64,000 nt of DNA. Origin: Octopus vulgaris. Taxonomy: Eukaryota. The translations under genes and the position numbers were made by a program. Shown piece by piece: positions 1-13,465 of this stretch (positions are counted from its first letter, which is position 1; each line of letters begins with the position of its first letter). The DNA lies in assembly GCA_951406725.2 (NCBI GenBank), contig OX597824.1, positions 93,496,001 to 93,560,000 of the forward strand, given 5' to 3'. Under the pieces are notes generated by a model. It saw only the letters and a program-made list of their open reading frames with translations, made no database searches and had not been told where the DNA came from.

Positions 1-240
1 AAGAAGGCAAAGAAGAAGAAAAAGAAGAAGAAGAAGAAGAAGAAGAAGAAGAAGAAGAAGAAGAAGAAGAAGAAGAAGGAGGAGGAGGAGAGGAAGTACA
101 AGCCAACAACTGATAAAGGGTCGTTCTTTATGTTGTTTGTCTTATTTTTCATTTGTGCCTTTCGTTGTTGGGAAAAATAGCTCATATTCCATGTACTCGT
201 ACTTCGTATTTTTTGTTGTACACGTTTCATGACTTCCGGT

Positions 241-292
<52 letters not shown>

Positions 293-335
293 GTATAGAT
301 GTATGCACATAAACGTGCGTATATATGCATGTATG

Positions 336-392
<57 letters not shown>

Positions 393-393
<1 letters not shown>

Positions 394-1470
394 AAAGTCA
401 CCAGCGGTGTTCCCCAGGGGACTGTTTTGGGTCCGCTACTCTTCATAATTTACATAAACGACCTTTCCTGTGTTCGTACGTTACTGCAAAGTGAAAATAT
501 TTGCTGATGACACTAAGCTCCAGCAAATCGTCAATGAAGAAGCAGACCGAACTCAACTCCAGTCTGATCTATATGCTGTGAGTCAATGGCCACACAGAAA
601 CAAAATGCAACTGAATGAGGGAAAATTTGAGCTGATGCATTTTGGAAGAAATTCCTCACTAAAACAACCATACCCTCTTTCTTCAGGGGAACCGTTCACA
701 GCCTCTAACAATATCAGAGACCTGGGTGTAATTGTTGATCACGATCTCAGTTGGAGTGCACACATCAAGAAGAAGGTCGATATAACTCGTAGTATGAGTT
801 CCTGGATCTTAAGAACTTTCCGGTCCAGAGAACAAGGTGTCATCATACCACTTTTCTCCTCCTTTATACGGCCACACCTTGAATACTGCTGCCCACTGTG
901 GTCCCCCTATACAAGACAAAACATCTCCAGGATTGAGTCACCCCAGAGGGCACTCACTAAACGAATTGAAGGCATGGCTGCTCTCGATTATTGGGATCGC
1001 CTTAAAGCCTTGAAACTTTACTCCCTCCAGCGTCGCCGTGAGCGGTACATCATTTGTACGATGTGGAGGATATACCGCCAACTTTGCCCAAACGACCTTA
1101 ACATTAGCTTCAAGGTTCATCCAAGACTGGGACCACGGGCCATACGTCCCCTGCCCAATTCAAGATCCCAACATACATGTACACTGCAACATAATTTATT
1201 TTCCTAAACAGGCCCTGCCCTATTTAACATTGTCCCGATGGAGATCAAAGAGGAAAAGGATCCCATCAACTTTAAACGGAGTCTGGATAGATTCCTTCAA
1301 AGAATACCAGATAAGCCACCCATAATTGGATACAACTCACCCAACAAGAACTCACTGCTTGAACAAAACTTGACTTAAACAGGATTCGAATAATCCTGTC
1401 AGGCGGTGCTATTAAGTTAGACATGTCCTGGACCAATCTCTGGTCGAAACATATCTAAGTTATCCAAGTT
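393..1470 (+). mobile_element. 5'-truncated, frameshifted non-LTR retrotransposon (CR1/L2-group LINE): RT C-terminal half plus 3' UTR
   Basis: Translates to [23 protein letters not shown], then after a frameshift near 470-490 to KIFADDTKL...RPHLEYCCPLWSP...LYSLQRRRERY. After a second frameshift near 1200 it reads GPALFNIVP...FKRSLDRFLQRIPDKP, stop ~1378. Ends in an ATCTAAGTT/ATCCAAGTT tail and is flanked on both sides by (TA)n. Confidence 0.93.
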
Positions 1471-1493
1471 ATATATATATATTACATACACAC

Positions 1494-1537
<44 letters not shown>

Positions 1538-2518
1538 GCATATGTGCGTGTGTTTGCTTACTTTGACTCATTTACTAGTCTTGGCAGATTGATTGTTGTT
1601 GTGTTAGGGATGTGCGTATGTCTATATGTGTATACGCATGTTTCTACATGCTCACAAGTATATTTCCACATTGAGACACTATAAAATGTAGATGTCACTC
1701 TCTGTGTGTCTAAGGGTGTGTGTGTGTGTCTGTGTGTCCATGCATTGTAGACGGGAGTCACATGACTTGAGCGTATTGTTTATTTATTTGTTTGTTCTTT
1801 TTTCTTCTTTTCCTTATATCAATACTCTGCACGGACTGGGATGACCTGTGGCTAAACTAAAACAGCGTCCACAAACACGCTGAAGACGACATCGTCACAG
1901 CACAAAGAAAGTAAGAAAGCAAAAAAAAAAATGTAAATAAACAACCGAGAGAATTTGATGAGAATGGCAAAGATATTCAGATCACGACTGTAAAAGAGAT
2001 AACAATGCGTTACTCAAAAAAATAAAAACGCAGAAGTAAAGAAGGAAAGAAACAAAGAAACAAAGAAACAAAGAAGGAAATACTGAGACAAACAAAATAA
2101 TAGAAATCCGAAGAATAACGTTCGTAGCTTATCTGTGGCGAAGATAAAACTAGTAGTGAAGAAATAACAGGTTAGTATATATATATATATATATATATAA
2201 ACATGCATATATATATACACACATATATACATATATATATATATATATATAACATATACATATATATACACATATATACATATATAAACATATATATATA
2301 TATATGTATTCATATATATATATATGTATATATATGTATATATATATGTATATATAAACATATATGTATATACATATACATATGTATATATACATGTATT
2401 TACATACTTAACTATATATGTGCATATATTATATATATATTTATTTATATGCATTACTATATACTCGTGTATATATATACATGTAAAACTATATATATAT
2501 AAGCAAAAATACTAGTTC

Positions 2519-2550
<32 letters not shown>

Positions 2551-2836
2551 TATGCTTGCGAGTGTAACATGCGTAGGTGCATCCGTACATGGCTGTCTGT
2601 GCGTGGACGTATATTTGTGTATTCCTATACGTATGTAATCCGAGATAGATAAATTGATATTAGGATAGTTAAGACTGTCATGAACGTACGTATAAATCTC
2701 TGTATGTGTAGGTGTGTGTGTGCGTGTGTGTGTGTGTGTAGATAGATCGATGCACTTGATAAAGTCAAACATATGAACACCCACCTTTTCACCGATTTGT
2801 ATATGAAAATGCGTGTTCTTTGTTCTTATACTTCAG

Positions 2837-2872
2837 CAATTGTTGTGAGTACAATTACAGATGTTTCTTATG
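2837..2872 (+). CDS. Candidate 36-nt internal exon (phase 1-1), peptide (A)IVVSTITDVSY
   Basis: Pyrimidine tract ttctttgttcttatacttcAG, open frame, then G|GTATGA donor. An identical copy lies at 9611-9646. Confidence 0.4.
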
Positions 2873-2901
2873 GTATGATAAAAAAAAAATATATAAACGC
2901 A

Positions 2902-2942
<41 letters not shown>

Positions 2943-3200
2943 ACACACACACACACACACATACACACAAGTACACACATATTTATATGTATATATTTAT
3001 AAAGATATATATGTGTATTTGTGTATATATATATATTCTGAATATGTGTAGTCATAAGTACTTGGAAGCGTACAAGTTTCGTAATTCCATTTCCGTTTAT
3101 TTACAATCATTCATACATATTTGTTTATATACATGGCTACATACATAGGGATATACTTACAAATGTATACAAATGAATATACAAACTTATATATATATAT

Positions 3201-3253
<53 letters not shown>

Positions 3254-3811
3254 CAGACAGATAGATAGATATGTATATATATATATAGACATATATACAC
3301 ACAGTCGCCATGATAGATCGGTAGCCAACACACAATTTTTTCCCTCCTTGTTTTTTTTCGTTAACTCTCTCTATATACATATATATGTTTATATATGTAT
3401 ATATATATATAAATACATATATATATATATATGTTTATATATATATATATATATCTGCATGTGTGTAAATAATTATACATATAGAGATATAGATATATAG
3501 ACAGACAGACAGACAGACGGATTGATAGGTAGATAAAAAGAAAGATAGATACATACATACATACACACTCACACACACATATATATTAGACATACAAGCA
3601 AACATACATACCTGCATACTACATACGTAATTACATATATACATACATACATACTTACATACGTACCTACATACATTAATACATACATACAAACATGCAT
3701 GCATGCATACATACATACATACATACATTAATACATACATACATACATTAATGCATACATACAAACATACATACATACATACATACACACACACATACAC
3801 ACATACATACA

Positions 3812-3845
<34 letters not shown>

Positions 3846-4087
3846 CATACATACATACATACATACATACATACATACATACATACATACACACATGAAC
3901 ACGATAGATACTCGACTACACAACCTTTACCTACACACACTCGAATAACCACAAACACACACTCAAACACAACAACACGTTTCTGCGGCTTTAGCACGGC
4001 ACGATTATTCCATTACATTCCAGACAATAATAGTGTCTTTTGTTTTTGTTTTTTTTTGTTTTTTTATTTCTTCCGATCTTTCAATAG

Positions 4088-4099
4088 ATGTTTCTTATG
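4088..4099 (+). CDS. Candidate 12-nt micro-exon (phase 1-1), peptide (D)VSY
   Basis: Long T-rich tract ending caatAG, then ATGTTTCTTATG (identical to the last 12 nt of the 2837 exon), then GTAATA donor. Confidence 0.3.
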
Positions 4100-4298
4100 G
4101 TAATAATTATGCTTCTTTCGTCTCTGTCTAATATCTTCTTTTTTTTTTTTATTTGTCAGTATCTTTCAAAAATATATTTGAAGAAAGAAACAAACATTGA
4201 ATACAAGGGGGTGGGGGGAAAACAATTTTATTATACCCGTTTGCCCTTGCAATGGATAATACACTAGCAGCAGCAGTAGCAGCAGCAGCAACAGCAGC

Positions 4299-4363
<65 letters not shown>

Positions 4364-4405
4364 CGGAGCTATTAGTAGTAGTAGCAGTAGTAGTAGCAGC
4401 AGCAT

Positions 4406-4490
<85 letters not shown>

Positions 4491-4556
4491 CCATCATTCC
4501 ATGCTTTTCGTAAGCAAGCCGGCAGGGCCTCACTCTGAACACTAATTTTTTCACAG

Positions 4557-4648
4557 TGAACGTACCGGCCGCCTTGGACACTTGGCGAAAAGCACCCTCG
4601 GAGGAACAACGCGGGCCGAAACGACCGGGAGGTGGACGCTTTAAGTGA
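4557..4648 (+). CDS. Candidate terminal coding exon (phase 1), (V)NVPAALDTWRKAPSEEQRGPKRPGGGRFK*
   Basis: CTAAT branch-like motif plus TTTTTTCACAG acceptor. GC-rich island in AT-rich DNA. Phase is compatible with the upstream candidate exons. Confidence 0.35.
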
Positions 4649-5084
4649 CCAGTACTATTTTGTGGTTTCAGCCATCGGTCAAACTACGCCAAGAAGCGTA
4701 GCTGCTATTTCGTCATATAGAGGGGAAAATGCTTTTTACAGGGCATGCAACCATACATTTTTTATTGTTGCTGGTAAGAGACGGGTGAAACAGTTTTTTA
4801 TCATAATTTAAATCTGTTACCCAGCTTGGTAAGGTATCGTAACATCTTACGATATCGTAACATCTTACCTGGAACTACTCTTTGATGTGAGAGAATGTTG
4901 TTCATGAACAGGTCGAAGAAAGTCAATGAAAGAAGAGACCGTTATTGACCTCCATTCGAAAACTTTCAAAGAAATGATTTTTACATCACTTTATAGTTAC
5001 CGACGAAGAATTAGTTTCGTAGCCAGCATTTTCTGATGTTTATCGTCAGGAAGCAACATCCATGTATAATGCGAATGCAGATGG

Positions 5085-5248
5085 TGTATATATATATATA
5101 TATATAATGGCCAGTCGTGGAATGTCAATGGTATATATCAGATACATATACTGTGTCAATGGTATATATCTCGTATATATACTCTGTCAATGGTATATAT
5201 TTGGTTTATATACCTGGCATATATACTGGCCAATGGTTGAGTGCCAAT

Positions 5249-5300
<52 letters not shown>

Positions 5301-5430
5301 TATATACTGTGTTAATGGTATATATCTGGTATATATATACTATGTCAATGGTATATATATCTGGTATATATGCTGCGTCAGTGGTATATAACTAGTATAT
5401 ATTTGTGGTATGTATATTGGCCAATGGTAA
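5085..5430. repeat. Degenerate minisatellite, ~27-35 bp unit containing GTCAATGGTATATAT
   Basis: (T/C/G)AATGGTATATAT recurs about 8 times, separated by TA tracts. Confidence 0.8.
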
Positions 5431-5736
5431 AATCTTCACTTCTGGATTGCGTCCAAAATTGGAATTAGAAAACTTGTCTCCGTGTATGCTATTTACCTCT
5501 TTAGATTTGCGTGCACCTTGTGATCACCTGCCTTTATATCTGAGATATTATATTCATGATTCAGATATCGAGTATAGATTTCTAAGGCGACACGCATAAA
5601 ATTTAAAAGGGATTTGGTTGCTATTTCAAGCAGATTGTGTAACATTTACAGGTGCTCGCTCTTGACTCGTTATTCTGGCTGTTACCTGTGTCGTTTCGCT
5701 GTTGCTTGCATTTGCAGCAGCAGCAGCAGCAACAGC

Positions 5737-5798
<62 letters not shown>

Positions 5799-6626
5799 CT
5801 GTATGTAAGACAAGATGATAACTTTTTTTTAATAAAATCGCATGTCCAAATCGATGTCGAAGTCGATCTCGTCTCCGAACGTATAATTGATTCCATATAA
5901 GGCAGTGTGGTAATTAAATATCTTGTCTTCGAGGAACACAAATCCTATCGTATAGGATCGAAGTTAATTAGCAAGACCCATTTTAAGCATCATTTTCAGA
6001 TTTCTAATAATATATATCACTAGTTGGGTGACGCATGTATGGATAGACATGCACAGATGGTATGGAGAAATTAGTTAAATTCTGTAGGATAGAAATAGCG
6101 ACTACATTTCTGGTTATATAATAAGCTATAATCAAATGACTTCTCCAGTAATATCCACACCAAATGATTTATTTTCAGAAAAACTCATCATAAGCTAACA
6201 ATATTTCACTGACACCGAAGAAATGTTCAGAGAATGAAAAATGTAGAATTAGTTTTGAGCATACACCTGGCAACTCGTGTGATTACCTTTTCTGTAATAT
6301 TCAAAATAGTATCAATTTGTTTCTTATTATGGCAGTACCCAGACGCAACACATTGTTGGACATAAGCTTGACATCTTTTTTTTGTTTTTTCGGAAAAACC
6401 TAACAGTATATTAATCATAGACAATATTTGAACAGAAACAATGAAGCGGCTATGAAACTTGTTGCAGAAACAACGTTCGCAGCCCGTCAGAATACACTGA
6501 TGATTGTTACATCGAAAGAGACTAAAGAGAAAGAAAAAAAAACAAAACAAAAAAATGAAAAATGTGGGGAAATTACTGAGCGTTTCACCAAATTGTTTAA
6601 AATACATTTGCAGAAGATAATATCGA

Positions 6627-6800
6627 AGTTCTGCTGACTCTTTCGTCACAACTTTCTCTCACTCTTTCTTCCTGCATCTTGCAGCTCACTTGCGACGGAC
6701 CGGCGTCCAGGCCTGGTGGGGAACCTACACGCCAAGGAAACCGGGAAACCGGCTCTTATGAGCCAGGCGTGGTTCGAGAATGAACAAACAACGACAACAT
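6627..6800 (+). mobile_element. SINE family C, 3' part
   Basis: Matches the reverse complement of 43641-43800 (tgcgacggaccggcgtcc, gaaaccgggaaacc) and ends in an (AAC)n-like tail. Confidence 0.8.
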
Positions 6801-7971
6801 TTGCTTGGCAGACGGTCAGTCTGTCATTTAACGATGTTTCTGTTAAATATTGTTATTGTTTGTGCTGAATAAAATATGTTGAAAAAGAGCCGCAATAAAT
6901 ATGCACCAACCCAATATTATTAGAACTTTATGGATTCCGAATTAATAAAAGCACAATTGACTTCTGCGGGATTTGGACTCAGAACGTAGAGACGGACGAA
7001 ATATTGCAATGAATTTCAGGCGGCATGCTTACGACACTTCCAGCTCGCATTCTTCAGATGTTACCCAAATAAAAACGTAAAATATTGGTGGGATGCGCGT
7101 TCGATCCACATGGCTGGTTGCTGATAATTTTTTCTACTTTTAAAGGAAAAAAAGATTTTGTCCTTTATATATATACTGTTCAGTATCTACGCGTTGAATA
7201 AATTTATCTATCTGCTTGTTCTACACTAAATTTGAACGCTTTGAAAACAAATTTGTATGTTTACATCCGGCGTAATATAATAAAATACTGAAAATAATAA
7301 TTCCAGTGTCATACATTTACAAGTTCATAAATATTTAGAAAAGGTACTATTGATGCCTAGTTTTTAATTGTTATTTGATCGACCTCGCAAAAATGAAGAG
7401 TAAATCTGATCAAGGAATCTCTGAGAATAGCGATCATAACAACAAAGCAATCTGCATGAGGAACCAAACTCCAAGAAACATGAGGCGAACTTCTCACTTC
7501 TCACTTCGCAATTTTTTTTAGAAGAATTCAAGGAAAAATCGGATATTGTAGACGTGGATAGTCTGTCTGATCATACGATGTTGCATTTGATAATATACAA
7601 AGTGTGCGACCGGAACAGATTTGAATATACTTGCGAACCGATGAGGGGAAGGCCTGTGGTTAAATAACAACAACAACAACAAAGAAACTAATGATGAAAA
7701 ATGATGACAATGCTTTTTCGGGGAGATAATTGAGATACGCAATATATAAATGGATGAGAACATTAATTACAACTGCTGTTAATATCACTACTACTACTAC
7801 TGCTGCTACTACTACTACTACTACTACTACTACTAATAAAATAATAATAATAATAATGATAATACGACAAGTACTAATTCTACTACCATGAAAACGACTC
7901 TACAGCCGTGATAAAGACTTATATTACTACTACGACGGAAATGATATTACTACTACGACTACTACTACTAC

Positions 7972-8002
<31 letters not shown>

Positions 8003-8003
8003 G

Positions 8004-8045
<42 letters not shown>

Positions 8046-8792
8046 AGGTACTGCAACCTCCTCCAGGGACTGAACAGGAAATTAATAATCCAAGACACAA
8101 TAGCTAATACCTTAAAGAGTCGCAGAACTGAAATAGACCAAAGAAATTGGATGTGTATTTTAGTAACTCAGCCGAGACAGTCTTTTCGACAAAATCGACC
8201 TTCACTCATAAATATACACGTTGGTTGAGAATATATATTGCAAGACGTAGGTGTAGATATGGTTGACTGCTTCAGAGGACCACTTTGTAGTTTGGTGGAA
8301 TTCAGTATCACTAAGTGGCATCTTTGGTCCCTCGTGAACAATGCCTTCGTAGTGAATTTTGTAGAAAAAAGTGTGGAAGCCGGTCGTAACACACACACAC
8401 ACTCACACACACACACACACACAAATATTGTATAAAGGATCGTGGGTGAGACTAAAACAATACGAAGTAAATGCTAGGTAAATCACAAAAAACAAATATG
8501 TGAATTAATATACACTTACCTTGTATTCAATATTTCGGGGTTATAACCCCATTTTCAAGGAAAGAAAACCAATGTTGCCGGTGTGCGTGTGTGTGACGAT
8601 TATGATGATGGTGGTGGTCGTCGTCGTCATCGTCGTTGTGACGATGATGATAATGATGATGATGATGATGATGATGACGATGGTGATGATGATGATTGTG
8701 GTGGTGGGGGTCGGGTGATCAAAGAAGTGAAAAATCAACGCAATCTCTCATTATAATACAAGCAAGAAATAACTAGAAATATATATATATAT

Positions 8793-8989
8793 ATTGATAG
8801 AAATCGCAAGACAACAAAAGAATGAAAGAGACCTCGATATTATGTAAATAGAGGAATTTATCTGTAAATGTAATATGTGACAATTATTCGGTAGCCATGA
8901 TAAAACTCCGAGTTTCCATTGTCTGGGCAGAAACCCACGCCGGCATCTCTTCAGTTATCGTGTCATCAAGAAAAAATACTATGAAAATG

Positions 8990-8994
<5 letters not shown>
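8793..8994 (-). mobile_element. Penelope-like terminal-repeat fragment with a degenerate hammerhead fold (8899-8959)
   Basis: Minus strand reads GATAA-CTGAAGA-(decayed stem II)-GAAA-CT-CGG-AG-T-T-TTATC. The segment is bounded by (TA)n on both sides. Confidence 0.55.
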
Positions 8995-9032
<38 letters not shown>

Positions 9033-9527
9033 CAATGAGAAATTAAAATGTAGAATTTACAGTTTATATAGTGATTGAAGATAAACCAGATGTCATTAGA
9101 TAATCCTTCCACAGAATTTAAGCTGAATTACGCAGCGTATGAAAATGTAGGAACAAGGAATAAGAACGATTGTATCAATTAGTATCATTAAAACTAAACA
9201 ATATTCGCCTCAGTTTTAAAACAATGTTGCTAGAACATTATCGCAAGCTACTGAAAAAGCAAAGCAATTACAACTATCTCAAAATAGAAAACGAACGGCG
9301 CAGCAAGAACGAGCGCAGAATCCATGGCAAAATCTAGATATTATCTTGCTGGAAAACAAAAACGATTGCAATTTTTAAGTTGATACATTGAAATTTGAAG
9401 AATTCTTGGCATTTATCTCTATCAAATCTAGAATATTTTTCCAGTTTTTTAAGCTCACATGCAGAGCCATTACTTGTTAGATTCGTCCGTTATCAAAGGC
9501 ACACATCCACCGAGGTCAAACATATTA

Positions 9528-11218
9528 AGACAACACGTTCCACAAATAACGCTGTGGAGGAAAAACATAAGGCAGCCATTTCATACGTGTTCTTTGTTCT
9601 TATACTTCAGCAATTGTTGTGAGTACAATTACAGATGTTTCTTATGGTTTGAAGGGACATCACTGATAATAATAGCAATAACACCAGCAAGTATTGCTAA
9701 GAAAGGATTAACAGTTCTATTACCTAGCGAATAGTTTATCATGTATTAAGCAGCAATTAACCGCTTTTCTCTACACCACTGGCTGTTAGGCCATCGTTAT
9801 ACTGACTTTCGTTCTGGTATTCGGTGCTAGGCAGGCTGTCACTGATGATCCGAAGGAACGGTGAAATCAGGTGAAAAGGAAATACCAGCCAACTGTGCAG
9901 GCGATCGTTTCGCCAGCCGATATATTTAGTGCTTCATTACCACATGTAGTCAACATGAAGTAGTACCTCTGGACTTTATCAGCAGTTTAAGTTGATCTAA
10001 ACATGACAAATAGACGAAGTTGGATTTGCTAATTATTGTTCCGCGCAAATACTGTAAATGTCGCTAATAGCTAATTAATTAACTGACAATCCTCATTTAT
10101 TCTTCAAAAGGATGGTTGGATATTTTAAAATTTAAATTTCGGTAGAGTAGAAGGGTCTATGATCATGTCAAATGAAACATATTCTTTATTACAAAAGTGT
10201 TACTGTTTGATACTAAAAGGTCGAAAGGATGAACATCGCTTGAGTTTAGATTAATGAAGAGAAGACTTTTGATTTAGTCTGACATTAGCCATGGACATTA
10301 ATGAAGTTGATTATAAATCTGATTAGAGAGAACAGCAAACCAACACAGTATTAATTAGTTATCACTGACTCTTACAACATCATGGTTATGAGCTCCAGTT
10401 TCACGGGAGTAACTGCATGGTAATAGCACCTCAAGGTTTAACTTTGTATTGGTCGCCTTAAGCTTATATAGGTTGATACGAAAACACAATGTAACATAAG
10501 AAAATGGGCGACAGTGGAGAAAGTATTTGTTCATCGAACATATAAACTCATAGTCAAAGAACGCTTCTAATCCTGCGAGAAACCTCAGAACTTGAAAACA
10601 GGATAGTCTTGGATGCGGCAATTGACTTTATGATGGAAAGTGTTAGACGAGGAGGCAGACTGACAAGCAAACACATCATTTGGAAAATCGCAGAGTGTTG
10701 GACCATTAGCTCCTACACGCATTTTTTTCTCTCCTTGTTTCTCTCCTTGTTTCTTTTCTGTGTATCTTTCTGTCGAAGAGCGTACGCTCGAAATGTAAAA
10801 GACTTGTTTTATTTCTATTCTTGAGCGCCATACTAATACAATTGTTTGTTTGTACTCCACCTGCCTTCGTCCTTTGTTTATTTTCGTAAACCTTCCCGTT
10901 AAATATAATATATGCTTGATAAGGCAGCATTTATTATGTGCTGCCTTATATGAACATATGAACATAGATGGAAATATTGAGATCCGTAAATATCTCAATA
11001 TGAAAACATATTCTACAGCACGCTTGAGACAACACGTTTCACAAATAACGCTGTGTAGGAAAAGCATAAGGCAGCCATTTCACACATCTCCTTAGCAAGG
11101 GACATCACTGATTATAATAGCAATGACACCAACAAGTATTGCCAAGAAAGGATTAACAGTTCTGTTACCTAGCGAATAGCTTATCAAGTGCTGAGCAGCA
11201 GTTAACCGTTATTCTCTA
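9528..11218 (+). repeat. Local diverged direct repeat (9528-9773 and 11027-11218)
   Basis: Collinear blocks agacaacacgtt..cacaaataacgctgtg..cataaggcagccatttca..aagggacatcactgat..aagaaaggattaacagttct..ttacctagcgaatag occur in both copies. Confidence 0.9.
10720..10910 (+). mobile_element. Short Penelope-like repeat with hammerhead-like fold, variant core (10765-10802)
   Basis: TCTTT-CTGTCGA-A-GAGC-GTAC-GCTC-GAAA-TG-T-A-AAAGA. Same layout as the element at 14504-14680, ending at a TA tract. Confidence 0.55.
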
Positions 11219-11549
11219 GAAATATGAAATATGAATATAGATGGAAATATTGAGATCACTAAATGCTTGTCCCAAAAGTGTAAATAAAACAAACGATCAT
11301 TATTAGTATAGCTCAAACGCTGCGTATAAAATTCTAATATCAAAGATTTCCACTTTTTAAGACGACAATATCTTTATACCAGTTCTAAGACGCGTAAGAA
11401 AAGAGTTTGCGATATTTCCTGCCATCAATCCATCAGACAGTAAAAATATGCCCCATAACTTTTGGGTATAAACGATATACAAATTCGTCTTAAATACAAG
11501 AATACGATGCGTACAAATATAGAAGTGTGTATACCTGTGTAAATATATA

Positions 11550-11980
11550 TTTCACTCTAGGCACGAGGCCTGTAATTTTGGGAGGGGGGGCCAGTTAATT
11601 ACATCGACCCCAGTACGCAACTGGTACTTAATTTATCGACCCCGAAAGGATGAAAGGCAAAGTCGACATAGGCGCCAATGATATTGAAATATCATTAACG
11701 TATGAGATAAAAGGTGAAATACGTTGAGCCCTAATAATAATTAAACATTTGGGCACAAGACCCGTGATTTCGGAGGAGGGGGCGAGTCGATTGCATTGCC
11801 TCCTCACCAGTATTCAACTGGTACTTAGTTTATCGGCCCCGGAAAAGGATAAAAAGCCAAAACTTTTTCATTCTTCCTTTCGGAACCGGTAAATTAAGTA
11901 CCAATCATATACTGGGGTCGATTTGAATGACTTTTCCCCCTCTCCCAAAGTTAAGGCCTTATGCCTATAGTACAAAGTAT
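11550..11980. mobile_element. Cluster of SINE family A fragments in both orientations
   Basis: ctggtacttaatttatcgaccccgaaaggatgaaaggcaaagtcgac and its reverse complement. Confidence 0.8.
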
Positions 11981-12422
11981 TTATCTTCACATCGTAAATA
12001 TTTTTCTTTACAAATTCTCCACATATATATATAAAAGGTTAATATGGCCCATCAGACTGGGCCATATTTTGACATTAATAATCGCACACCAGAGGAACTG
12101 GCAAAAATTATGTTAAAACTTTTAGACAATTTTTATTTTCCCAATTAAGCGTAAGGGGAATTCTTAAAGCTCATTGTTGCCACAATAAATTAAGTAAAAC
12201 TTCTTTTTCATCAAATGAGCTACATACAATCCTCTTCTTTTTCGAAGATATGTTATGGCTTCACCAACAACAACAACAAAAACGACGAGAAAAACAACAA
12301 CAACAATACTGAAAATTCTGTTTATGAGGTCGATGATAATTTATTGAATATTAGATAGAAAAAGAACATTCTTGCACCAACACACACTTAATATATGTAC
12401 ACACACACACACGTATATATGC

Positions 12423-12454
<32 letters not shown>

Positions 12455-12539
12455 CTGTGTGTGTATGTATATTTATATATGTGTGTGTGCGTGTATATAT
12501 ATTTATATATGTGTGTGTGTATGTATATTTATATATATG

Positions 12540-12595
<56 letters not shown>

Positions 12596-12705
12596 TACAA
12601 GTAATAATAATAATTCTTACTGTATCACAATTTTTTACTCTAGGCCACTTGGTGTTTTAAATCGATGTTATTAATTAATATTCAATTTTTTCACCCTTAT
12701 TGTGA

Positions 12706-12794
<89 letters not shown>

Positions 12795-12822
12795 TATATA
12801 TATGTACATACATATATATATA

Positions 12823-12853
<31 letters not shown>

Positions 12854-13399
12854 GTATATATGTTTAAAATCATATATGTATACATACAAACACTCGAATA
12901 CTTTCAAATACAAACACATATATTGTTTTGATATTTAGGCAAATGCGTACATATTCAACCATACACTTCCATAATTATACACCTTCGAATACTTATGTAT
13001 TTGGGTATATTTGCAAATAAAAGTATGTCTACGTGCATTGGTATGTGTATGCGTGATCGTGTGAGCGTATGTCTGTATATATGTACGCATATTTGAGCGC
13101 ATGTGTGTGTACGAGTGAGCGTTAACGTAAGCACAGACAACCGTGTGTGCATGGGTGCGTGCGTATATTACTTGCGAGTGTTACAGTATTTTTAAACATG
13201 TAATATATATATATATACAAGTGTAACTTTCATGTGCGCATGCGTGTCTCTGTCTTCTATATTTGGTATGTTTATTAGTTCGATCAATTATAAGTGCAGC
13301 ACACAAGTTGAACGAGTTTAGATTTAGTTAAAATTTATGAGTGACAATTAATCTTCCAACAACAGATCGATACGCCGTCCACACAAACTTACGTCCAGA

Positions 13400-13406
13400 T
13401 GCACAT

Positions 13407-13465
<59 letters not shown>

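Noticed and set aside
9224-9337. Short ORF MLLEHYRKLLKK...ERRSK loosely like the 50053 exon
   Set aside because: Similarity is limited to a few residues and the splice phase differs. It is indistinguishable from chance.
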